Source: a virus
Taxonomy: Duplodnaviria > Caudoviricetes
IMG/VR virus record: IMGVR_UViG_3300044998_000622
Location: 1 to 58,406 of that record
Direction: 5' to 3' (one strand)
DNA: 58,406 bases
The stretch's first letter is position 1. Every line of letters starts with the position of its first letter. A model generated the notes under the pieces. It worked only from the letters and a program-made list of their open reading frames with translations. It was not told the DNA's origin and did no database searches. Below are positions 1-7,501 of this stretch, one piece after another. The translations under genes were made by a program, and so were the position numbers.

Positions 1-144
1 CGCGGCAAGGTCGCACGCCGGCCGTGGACGTCCATCACGGGCGTGACCATCCACCAGACCGCGTGCCAGTTCGGGGTCACACCAGCGCAGGTGCGCGCGG
101 CTGGCGGCGACCGTGACCTCGCGCTCGCTCGCCGAGCGCTCGGC
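1..144. repeat. Terminal direct repeat, copy 1 (circular overlap)
   Basis: 1-144 equals 58263-58406 except position 18 (C) vs 58280 (A), a synonymous CGC/CGA Arg change. Confidence 0.97.
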
Positions 145-597
145 GTGGCGTGTCATGGCCTCGCCTTCCGCCGCGGCTTCTACGTCCTGGCCAACCCGCT
201 CGACTGGTACGTCTGGCACGGAAACGGGCTCAACGAAGCGGACCTGGGGTTGGAGGTCGAGGGCATCTACCCCGGGCTCCTCGCGCAACCGGTGCGGACG
301 ACGTGGGGCGGCCAACCGACCGAACTGACGGACGAGGTCATCGACGCGGCGCGCGAGTGCCTTCGGCACATGGTGCAAGAGGCCCGCGCATCCGGCGCGC
401 CGCTGCGGTACGTCCACGCGCATCGGCAGTCGTCTGCCACGCGCCGAAGCGACCCAGGAGAGGGCATCTGGCGCCGCCTCGTGCTCGACTTTGCGGTCCC
501 TGTGCTGGGGCTGCAACCACGCCCGGCACGGACATGGGGTGCTGGGCGGCCAATCCCTGTGGCGTGGGACCCCGTTGGTGGGGTTGGAGAGTACTGA
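1..597 (+). CDS. Zinc N-acetylmuramoyl-L-alanine amidase (Amidase_2-like endolysin 1), 3' part; starts at 58182 across the circular join, about 225 aa
   Basis: Frame is continuous from ATG 58182 (MTLPCCYDLRHEQP...RRPWTSITGVTIHQTAC). Amidase-type motifs: IHQTA, WHGNGLN..GLEVEG, HAHRQ...SDPG. Confidence 0.8.
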   Translation, partial: RGKVARRPWTSITGVTIHQTACQFGVTPAQVRAAGGDRDLALARRALGVACHGLAFRRGFYVLANPLDWYVWHGNGLNEADLGLEVEGIYPGLLAQPVRTTWGGQPTELTDEVIDAARECLRHMVQEARASGAPLRYVHAHRQSSATRRSDPGEGIWRRLVLDFAVPVLGLQPRPARTWGAGRPIPVAWDPVGGVGEY

Positions 598-1333
598 GTT
601 GCGCCGAGGGACGCTGCGTTCATGGATCCGCTCGGCGCCGGTCGCGTTCGACGCGTCGTGCCGTGGCGCCCGCAAGCGAACGAAGGCGCCGCGCATGGGG
701 GTCGGCCACTGGACCGGCGGCGAGGCCGGCCGCGATCCGGACGAGCAGGTCGTTCGCGTGATCCGATCGATGAAGTGGAGAACGAACGCGTTGGGTCTTC
801 CGTCTCCGCTCTCGATCCACTTCGTGATTGACTCGGACGGCGTCTGCTGGCAGTGCGCGGACCCCGCGACGGTAGTTGCTCTACACGCCGGTGCCGTGAA
901 CGAGGAGTCGATCGGCATCGAGGTGGTCAATGGTGGCCTGCCGTCTTTTGCCGCGAGCTACCGACCTCGCGATCGCGTTTTCCGCAGGCTGCGCGGGCGA
1001 GCGGTCGAGCAGCTGGCCTTCTTTGGTCGGCAGCTGGAGGCTTACGCGGACCTCTGCGAGGTGCTTTCGTCGGAGTTCGGGATCCCGCGCGTCGTGCCTG
1101 GGATGCCGATTCGAGATGTTCGAGGCCGGCTCGTGAGCGACCGGATCGAGGTCGCGGACCGGATGCTCCCGCCGGAGGCGATCCGCACGTTCTCCGGGTT
1201 CCTGGAGCACCTCCACGTCCACAAGGCGACGCCGGACGGAGGCACCCAGCTCTCGTGGTATCTCTCGGCGATGCGCGGCTACGCGGTCCATGACGTCGAG
1301 CGCGGCATGCCGCGGACGTTGCTCGGCCTGTGA
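584..1333 (+). CDS. Amidase_2-like endolysin 2 (start uncertain: GTG 578 or TTG 584)
   Basis: Motifs GHWTGG, SIHFVIDSDG..WQ, ALHAGAVNEESIGIEVVN, EHLHV...PDGG, typical of Amidase_2/AmpD. Overlaps the stop of amidase 1. Confidence 0.8.
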   Translation: MESTELRRGTLRSWIRSAPVAFDASCRGARKRTKAPRMGVGHWTGGEAGRDPDEQVVRVIRSMKWRTNALGLPSPLSIHFVIDSDGVCWQCADPATVVALHAGAVNEESIGIEVVNGGLPSFAASYRPRDRVFRRLRGRAVEQLAFFGRQLEAYADLCEVLSSEFGIPRVVPGMPIRDVRGRLVSDRIEVADRMLPPEAIRTFSGFLEHLHVHKATPDGGTQLSWYLSAMRGYAVHDVERGMPRTLLGL

Positions 1334-1354
1334 CGGGAGTGTCATCATGCCGGC

Positions 1355-1624
1355 ATGACCATGCCTCCGACGACCGCGCAAGTGTCAACACGCCTGCTCA
1401 CCATCGAGATCGAGCATCGACAGCTCCGAGAAGAAGTCGATGCGATGAAGACGCTCGCCAGATCGATACTGTTTGCGATCATCTCCGCCAGCGTAGGCGT
1501 GATGGTGACGATCGTCGCAGCTGCAATCTACGTCGGCGGACGACTCCACGCGGTCGAGGATCTCGACAGGCGCGTGACCAGAATTGAGGATCGGCGACAA
1601 GATGAACGGGAGGTGTCGCGATGA
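1355..1624 (+). CDS. Single-pass membrane protein with coiled coils (lysis module, holin/antiholin-like)
   Basis: Hydrophobic segment SILFAIISASVGVMVTIVAAAIYVGG flanked by charged heptads; directly after the amidases. Confidence 0.55.
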   Translation: MTMPPTTAQVSTRLLTIEIEHRQLREEVDAMKTLARSILFAIISASVGVMVTIVAAAIYVGGRLHAVEDLDRRVTRIEDRRQDEREVSR

Positions 1625-1833
1625 GGCGAGAACAGTGGCAGCCCAAGCACACCGTCAACCTCGTGCTCGTTCTCGCGGCGCTGTTGGCCGTGGTCGTGCT
1701 CGCCGTGTGGGCAGACGGCGCCTACGTCCGCGAGATCCTTGCGTTCGTAGGCGGGTTGCTCGTGCCCGGCAGTGCGCTGGGCACGTTGGTCGGGCGTCAT
1801 CGAAGTGAGGACGATGTTCGTCCATGTCAGTGA
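1621..1833 (+). CDS. Small two-TM protein, putative holin
   Basis: 70 aa with two hydrophobic helices and a charged C-tail; ATGA-coupled to the previous gene. Confidence 0.55.
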   Translation: MRREQWQPKHTVNLVLVLAALLAVVVLAVWADGAYVREILAFVGGLLVPGSALGTLVGRHRSEDDVRPCQ

Positions 1834-1974
1834 CGTCAGCTGAGAGCTGAGCTGAGGACTCCCACGCCGAGGGAGGGAGCCGAGGGAGCGCCCCCCCCTC
1901 CCCCCCAAACGCCGCTAGCGCGTGGTCTGGGGGGCTGGGGAGCTCCTCGGCTCGCTCCGCGGCTCACGCCTCGG
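1831..1974. repeat. Non-coding repeat and long imperfect inverted repeat, candidate replication origin
   Basis: AGCTGAG x3 (1838-1856), GCCGAGGGAG x2 (1866-1888), C8-T-C7 (1891-1906), G6/G4 (1929-1940); the 1867-1906 arm is largely complementary to 1929-1974. Confidence 0.5.
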
Positions 1975-2118
1975 TCGGTCGCCTTCGGTCGGCCCACGGC
2001 GCCCTGATGCGCCGCGCGGCCAGGATGGCTGCTGGATGCCCGGCCGGCAACGTCAACGTTCAGCGTCCGTCGGCGCCGGATCGAGCTTGCGGTTTCGCGC
2101 GGAATCGGGCGCTCAGCA

Positions 2119-2165
2119 GCCGGTAGCAGAAACTTCTTGCGGTCGCTCGGGATGTAAGCCACTGT
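2119..2165 (+). promoter_or_regulatory. Early promoter element P1
   Basis: GCCGGTAGCAGAAAC (2119-2133, identical at 4447-4461), then N3-TTGC (-35-like, 2137); -10 is weak. Confidence 0.55.
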
Positions 2166-2185
2166 CCGGAACGCCGCAGGGTGCG

Positions 2186-2236
2186 GCAGCCAAGGAGAGA
2201 CCCAGATGACCCAGACCCAGACCGCTCTTGCCCAGA
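2186..2236 (+). repeat. 51-bp exact repeat (RBS plus codons for MTQTQTALAQ), copy 1
   Basis: GCAGCCAAGGAGAGACCCAGATGACCCAGACCCAGACCGCTCTTGCCCAGA, identical at 4518-4568. Confidence 0.97.
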
Positions 2237-3453
2237 CCCAGACCCTCGTGGGGACCCTGAACACGATCGCCGCCCAGCTGGAGGCCGGCGAGATCGGGCC
2301 GAAGGCCGCGCTCGACGCCGCGAACGAGGCGCTCTCCGCGACCGAGTTCACGATCAAGCGGCAGAAGAACGCCGCGGCGCTCGTGAAGCGCCTGCGCGCC
2401 GAGGCCGCCGCCTTGGGCGACACGCTCCCGGCCGCCGCTCCCCCCGCCCCCGCCGAGGACCCGGACAACGAGATCGCCGCGGCCGAGGATCTGCTCGCGG
2501 CGGATCCCGAGTACTGGGTCTGGCTCGATCAGGTCGAGGCGGCCGACCGCGCCGCCTTCGAGCAGGCGGACGCCGAGCGGTTCGAGCGCGGTGTCGGCGG
2601 CGAACCTGGCCCCGTGGCGGCCTCGGGCGCCTCGCAGGCGCCCAAGCCCCCGGCAGAGCCCCCGGCGGGCGCCACGGCGGCGCCTGCGGGCACGACGCCG
2701 CCCTCCGGCAAGGCGGCGCGCCTGGCGGCCCTGCTCGCCGGCGAGAAGCCGCCGGCCCCGGCCCCGAGCGCGCGGGCGCGGACCTCGGTGACCTTCCGCG
2801 AGGTCGGCGGCGAGATTGAGGTCTTCCCGCGGCGCATCGTGCGCCGAGCCCTTGCGGAACTCTCGCCTTTCACGCGAGAGGTCCTCGCGCAGGTCGCGAG
2901 CTCCTACTCGGGCACCGAGGTCCGCGCTGACGATGCCGGGTTCGTGGACGCGGTCCTCGACGCCCTGCACAACAAGCCATGCCCGGCGAGCATCCGGGAG
3001 GCGATCCGGGCCGACCGCGAGCGCGCGGCAAGCGCAGCCAGCCTCGCGGCTCCGAAGGGCGGCGCGCCGCGCAAGGGAGCGCGCCTCGGGGTGATCGTGA
3101 ACGCCCTCCGGACCGGAGCCACGGTGCGTGAGATCTGCGAGATGATGGCGGCGAAGTTCCCGACATACTCGGCGCGCCACGGCGGAGGACCGGCGACCGC
3201 CGACAGCTTCGACGGGTTCGTGCGCGCCGCGATCTCGCATATGGACAAGGGCCTGCACTTCTCGGTCTCTGCCCGCACGAAGGGCAAGATCCTCCGCGGC
3301 AAGAACGAGGCCGGCGTGACGGTCTACCGGATCGATCCCTCGGTGGACCTGGGCGACGTGGTCGCGACGGACGACCGGGAAGTCGTCGTCCTCGCGGACG
3401 CGGCTCTCGTGGCCGAGGCCGCGGCGGGCGACGAGAAGCAGGCGGCGGAGTGA
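2206..3453 (+). CDS. Early hypothetical protein; Ala/Pro-rich linkers, possible C-terminal winged-helix domain
   Basis: Strong RBS (AAGGAG) and GC3-biased codons. The segment VIVNALRTGATVREICEMMAAKFP...FVRAAISHM looks like a wHTH (inference). Confidence 0.75.
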   Translation: MTQTQTALAQTQTLVGTLNTIAAQLEAGEIGPKAALDAANEALSATEFTIKRQKNAAALVKRLRAEAAALGDTLPAAAPPAPAEDPDNEIAAAEDLLAADPEYWVWLDQVEAADRAAFEQADAERFERGVGGEPGPVAASGASQAPKPPAEPPAGATAAPAGTTPPSGKAARLAALLAGEKPPAPAPSARARTSVTFREVGGEIEVFPRRIVRRALAELSPFTREVLAQVASSYSGTEVRADDAGFVDAVLDALHNKPCPASIREAIRADRERAASAASLAAPKGGAPRKGARLGVIVNALRTGATVREICEMMAAKFPTYSARHGGGPATADSFDGFVRAAISHMDKGLHFSVSARTKGKILRGKNEAGVTVYRIDPSVDLGDVVATDDREVVVLADAALVAEAAAGDEKQAAE

Positions 3454-3491
3454 GAAACTGGTTGCGCGGAACGCGGTAGCAGGTAAAGGAT
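3453..3491 (+). promoter_or_regulatory. Early promoter element P2
   Basis: AGAAAC-TGG-TTGCGC (3462), CGGTAGCAG in the spacer, TAAAGGAT at 3484; GCAGGCAAGGAGAG RBS downstream. Confidence 0.55.
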
Positions 3492-3528
3492 ACCGGGCCC
3501 GATGGACGGGCAGGCAAGGAGAGTCATC

Positions 3529-4419
3529 ATGGAATCGGTCGAAACCATCAAGAACAGGCACGGGATCGGGGCGGTCGTGTTCTGGGCCCTGCACGACGTG
3601 AGGGTCCGGCGCGCGGACATGCGCGCCACGTTCGAGGCGCAGGGCCTCGGCGCCGCCGTGCAGCGCGATCCATCCCCGAGCGCCTGCCTCACCCGCGCGG
3701 TCTCCCGCGCCGCGGTCGGGCGCCCCGCGGTCCGCTTCGAGCGTGTCCGCGACGACGGCGCGGTCGCGACCGAGGCGCTCTCGGTCCTCGCGACCGACGC
3801 GGCGACCGAGACCGCGACTTACACGCAGATCGGAACGATCTCGGTCGACAAGCAGACCGGGGCCGTCGCGTTCTCGAAGAACGGCGACGACTACGGCGCG
3901 CTCGAAGCGGCCGCGGGCGAGTACCACGAGGCCCGGGAATGGTGCTCGACCGCGGACCTCGGCGCCGCGCTCAAGATCGCGATGTACGGGCGCGCGCGCA
4001 ACCTGCTCCTCGGCGCCGTGAACCTCCGGGGCCAGTCGGGCGGCGTCTACTATGTCCGCGAGTCGCGCATGGGCGCGGTCGAGGCGCTCGCGGCTTGGAT
4101 CGACGCGAGCGGGTTCGGGAAGCTCACGATCCTCCGGATCACGGAGGAGGGCAGCGGCCAGGTTGGCAATGCGGCGCGCAGTACGATCCTGGAGCGGATC
4201 GCCGAGGTGACCAGCGGCCTCGACGAGCTCGTGGAGAAGATCAACGGCGCCAGCGAGGACGAGCTCGACCGGATCCTGGAGCCTACGCTCGCTCGCTTCG
4301 ACCTGATCAGCCAGCAGGTCGATCTCTACGCGGACGTCCTCGGCCTCGCCCGCGAGGAGCTCATCGGCAAGGCGGACCTCGCAAAGAAGGCGATCCTCTC
4401 CCGCTGCGTGGCGGCGTGA
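3529..4419 (+). CDS. Hypothetical protein of the type found beside phage AAA/vWA pairs (DUF6744/DUF3150-like, tentative)
   Basis: RBS AAGGAG before ATG 3529; N-terminal GAVVFW, central GGVYYV motif, helical C-terminus. Family label from memory. Confidence 0.6.
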   Translation: MESVETIKNRHGIGAVVFWALHDVRVRRADMRATFEAQGLGAAVQRDPSPSACLTRAVSRAAVGRPAVRFERVRDDGAVATEALSVLATDAATETATYTQIGTISVDKQTGAVAFSKNGDDYGALEAAAGEYHEAREWCSTADLGAALKIAMYGRARNLLLGAVNLRGQSGGVYYVRESRMGAVEALAAWIDASGFGKLTILRITEEGSGQVGNAARSTILERIAEVTSGLDELVEKINGASEDELDRILEPTLARFDLISQQVDLYADVLGLAREELIGKADLAKKAILSRCVAA

Positions 4420-4446
4420 TGGGCGGCCGCGACCACGACTTCGAAT

Positions 4447-4494
4447 GCCGGTAGCAGAAACCAGTTGCACCCCGGACGGTGCGCTGGTACAGAT
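4447..4494 (+). promoter_or_regulatory. Early promoter element P3
   Basis: GCCGGTAGCAGAAAC-CAG-TTGCAC (4465), 17-nt spacer, TACAGAT (4488) preceded by TG. Confidence 0.65.
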
Positions 4495-4517
4495 CGGGGA
4501 CATGGCGCCACGCAGGC

Positions 4518-4568
4518 GCAGCCAAGGAGAGACCCAGATGACCCAGACCCAGACCGCTCTTGCCCAGA
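4518..4568 (+). repeat. 51-bp exact repeat, copy 2
   Basis: Identical to 2186-2236. Confidence 0.97.
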
Positions 4569-5683
4569 TCCTCAACGCCGAGGCCAGCGTGAACGCGCGC
4601 CTCGTGGGCCGCGCCGCGGAGGTCCGCGGCCTCTTCGTCGCGGCGCTCGCCCGCGAGCACGTCCTCCTCCTTGGTCCCCCGGGCACGGGAAAGTCGATGC
4701 TCGCGCGCGCCTTCGCGGAGACGATCTCAGGATGCGCCTACTTCGAGTGGCTCCTCTCGAAGTTCTCGACCCCCGAGGAGCTCTTCGGCCCGATCTCCTT
4801 CTCGGCCTTGAAGGCCGACCGCTTCGCCCGGGTGACGCGCGGCAAGCTTCCCGAGGCGCACGTCGCGTTCCTGGACGAGATCTTCAAGGCCAACAGCGCG
4901 GTCCTGAACACGCTCCTGCCCGTGATCAACGAGCGCGTGTTCCACGACGACGGCGGCACGAAGCGCTGCCCGCTGATGACGACGGTGGCGGCCTCCAACG
5001 AGCTCCCCGAGGGGCCCGAGCTCGGCGCCCTGTGGGACCGGTTCATGGTCCGGTTCTGGATCGGCTACAGCGCGACCCCGGACGACTTTCGCGCGATCCT
5101 CCGCGGCGCGCGCACGCAGCAGGCGCCTGTGATCGCGCTCGACATGAGCGTCTGGACCGAGGCGCAGGCCTCGGTCGACGCCATGCCGGTCACCGATGAG
5201 GTGTTCGACGCCTTGTTCGCCCTCAAGCGGAAGCTCCAGGACGACGGGATCACGATCTCAGACCGACGCTGGGTCAAGGCGACCCGCTTGCTCGCGGCGA
5301 CCGCGTGGCTCGACGGGGCCACCGAGGTCGGGACGGATCACTTCGAGATCCTCGCGGCCTCGCTTTGGAACGAGCCCTCGCAGGCCGGCACCGTGCGGAC
5401 GCACGTGCAGAGCTTCGTGTCGGCCGAGATCGCGACCGCGCAGAAGATCGTGGACGGGATCGGCGAGATCATCGCGAAGCTCCCGGCGCAGCACGACCCG
5501 GCTTTCGACACCAAGATCCTCCCCGCGAACCGCGAACTGAAAAAGGCGATCCTCCGGCTCGACGAGCTCGCGGCGAGCGCGAAGTCGACCTCGGCCAAGG
5601 GCAAGATCATGGCGCTCCGGAACGACGTGGCAGCGCGCGGGCGCGAACTGGTGCAGGCGGCCATGGACGGGCTCAAGAGCTAG
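4538..5683 (+). CDS. MoxR-family AAA+ ATPase, RavA-like
   Basis: HVLLLGPPGTGKS (Walker A), FSTPEELFGP, AFLDEIFKANSAVLNTLL..INER (Walker B), ASNELP, LWDRF, ISDRRW: RavA-subfamily signature. Start at RBS-associated ATG 4538. Confidence 0.92.
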   Translation: MTQTQTALAQILNAEASVNARLVGRAAEVRGLFVAALAREHVLLLGPPGTGKSMLARAFAETISGCAYFEWLLSKFSTPEELFGPISFSALKADRFARVTRGKLPEAHVAFLDEIFKANSAVLNTLLPVINERVFHDDGGTKRCPLMTTVAASNELPEGPELGALWDRFMVRFWIGYSATPDDFRAILRGARTQQAPVIALDMSVWTEAQASVDAMPVTDEVFDALFALKRKLQDDGITISDRRWVKATRLLAATAWLDGATEVGTDHFEILAASLWNEPSQAGTVRTHVQSFVSAEIATAQKIVDGIGEIIAKLPAQHDPAFDTKILPANRELKKAILRLDELAASAKSTSAKGKIMALRNDVAARGRELVQAAMDGLKS

Positions 5684-5693
5684 TCCCAGGGCT

Positions 5694-5747
5694 TTCCGGG
5701 CGGGAGGCGATTCCTGTTGCCTCCCGCCCGGAACCATGCGACAAGAT
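5694..5747 (+). promoter_or_regulatory. 15-bp perfect inverted repeat overlapping promoter element P4
   Basis: TTCCGGGCGGGAGGC (5694-5708) / GCCTCCCGCCCGGAA (5719-5733); TTGCCT at 5717, 17-nt spacer, GACAAGAT at 5740. Confidence 0.65.
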
Positions 5748-5778
5748 GAGGGCGCCACCGAGGCGCAGACAAGGAGCG

Positions 5779-7317
5779 ATGATGACGGCGGAAGAGATCA
5801 AGGCGAGCGCGAAGGCGGCGATCCACAAGGCGACGCTGCGGCGCCAGATTGAGAACCTGGAGCAGGGCGCCGACGCGGCGGTCCGGGTTGGCGCCTGGGT
5901 GCGGACGCTGGCCGCCGAGGAGGCGAAGGCCGGCGGCGTGTTCACGGACGCGCTCGACCTCAAGCCCGAGGCGGCGACGTGGGGCTCCCTGGCCCGCGAG
6001 ATCTTCGGGAGCCTCTACGGGCTCGGGACCGAGGCGGTCGAGGCCGAAAAGGCGCCCGAGGGCGCCGGCTGGGTGCGAGAGCTCCTCGGGCAGGCCGAGT
6101 CGCTCCCTGAGTGGCAGGAGCTCCAGGCGCGCGCGGCGGGCGACGCCTGGGCCTCGGGCCTCGCGGCGGCCGGCGCCATGGAGGCGCTCGCCCCGCTGGC
6201 GCAGGACCTCCCGAAGAATGACGCGCAGGAGCTCAAGGAGCAGATCGACGCGCTCCAAGAGCTCATCGCCGAGTCGGGCAAGAGGCCCGGCGCCCGCACG
6301 GCGCGGCGCCTCACGAACCTCCGCAAGGAGCACCAGCGGGCGGTCAAGGACGACGCCAACGCGACGGCGCTGCTCCGCTCGAAAGCGGCTAAGGTCCGCT
6401 CGGTCATGCGCGGCGCGGCTGCGGCGGCGACCGCGGCGATCGACGAGCAGCGCGCGGCCGAGGAGGGGCTGGGGATCGCCCCGGGCCAGAGCCAGGGCCT
6501 CGCGATGCGCGTGCAGGGCGCCACGGCGGCCGCCCGCGAGGTCCTGAGGACGAACACCCAGCTGCGAAAGATCGCGGTCCTGGCGGGGCGGTTCCGGCGC
6601 CGCGCGGCGCAGAAGCAGGCGGAGAAGGCTCGCGGCGGCGCGCACGAGGTGGCCGACGTGACGACGGGCGCCGACCTCGCGCGCCTCCTCCCGAGCGAAG
6701 CGGTTCTGGCCGGCGACGAGGACGGCGAGGCGGTCCTCTTCCGGCGGCTCACCGAGCGCGCCGCCATGAACTACGAGCTTCGCTCGCCGGAGACGAAGAC
6801 CGAGGGGCCGATCGTGATCTGCATCGACGAGAGCGGCTCGATGCGCGGCGAGCGGGACGTCTGGGCGAAGGCCGCCTGCCTTGCGATTCTGGAGATCGCG
6901 GCTCGCCAGAACCGAGCCTTCGCGATCCTGCACTTCGATGACGGAGTCACCCGGACGGACGTGTTCCGCGCCCCGCGCTCGGTGCGCTGGGAGGCGATCG
7001 CCGAGTGTTTGACTTGGTTCTCGGGCGGCGGGACGGACATTTCGGATGCCATGGCGGCGGGGATCGACCTGATCGCGAAGGAGCCCGCGTACCGCAAGGC
7101 GGACCTGGTCGTGATCACGGACGGAGAGGACTACAGCGACTCGATCCGCGACGCGGTGAAAGCGGCGAAGGCCAAAGGGATCTCGACCCACTGGGTTGGG
7201 ATCGACTGCGATGACACCGAGAGCGACTTTGGGCTCGCGACGGTGGCGGTCGTGACGACGGCCGCGATCAAGGGACAGGACGTGAAGGCGATCGACGGCG
7301 TCCTCGGCGCCATCTGA
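5779..7317 (+). CDS. vWA-domain protein, ViaA-like partner of the AAA+ ATPase
   Basis: DVTTGADLARLLPSE, GPIVICIDESGSM (MIDAS DxSxS), GGGTD, KADLVVITDGED. RBS GCAGACAAGGAG before ATG 5779/5782. Confidence 0.92.
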   Translation: MMTAEEIKASAKAAIHKATLRRQIENLEQGADAAVRVGAWVRTLAAEEAKAGGVFTDALDLKPEAATWGSLAREIFGSLYGLGTEAVEAEKAPEGAGWVRELLGQAESLPEWQELQARAAGDAWASGLAAAGAMEALAPLAQDLPKNDAQELKEQIDALQELIAESGKRPGARTARRLTNLRKEHQRAVKDDANATALLRSKAAKVRSVMRGAAAAATAAIDEQRAAEEGLGIAPGQSQGLAMRVQGATAAAREVLRTNTQLRKIAVLAGRFRRRAAQKQAEKARGGAHEVADVTTGADLARLLPSEAVLAGDEDGEAVLFRRLTERAAMNYELRSPETKTEGPIVICIDESGSMRGERDVWAKAACLAILEIAARQNRAFAILHFDDGVTRTDVFRAPRSVRWEAIAECLTWFSGGGTDISDAMAAGIDLIAKEPAYRKADLVVITDGEDYSDSIRDAVKAAKAKGISTHWVGIDCDDTESDFGLATVAVVTTAAIKGQDVKAIDGVLGAI

Positions 7318-7330
7318 CGGAGGAGGGTCC

Positions 7331-7501
7331 ATGGAGAAGCACTTGGAAGAGCTCGGGGTGATCGCGGTCGTGGGAACGCGGTTCGATCAGGTCTGGACCG
7401 TGTCGATCGCGACGGTGACGACGTGCTGCAAGGGGGGCGGTCCTCGGTTCGAGGACGCGCTTGCCGACGCGCTCGCAAAGCTCGCCGCGAGCTTGTCGTG
7501 A
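7331..7501 (+). CDS. Small hypothetical protein (56 aa; not in the ORF track)
   Basis: GGAGGAGG RBS, MEKHLEELGVIAVVG...LAASLS*, GTGA-coupled to the next gene. Confidence 0.65.
   Translation: MEKHLEELGVIAVVGTRFDQVWTVSIATVTTCCKGGGPRFEDALADALAKLAASLS

Noticed and set aside
2113-4686. 857-aa minus-strand ORF
   Set aside because: Antisense shadow of GC3-biased + genes; Arg-rich, no motifs. The same applies to 5680-7332 and 21447-22961.
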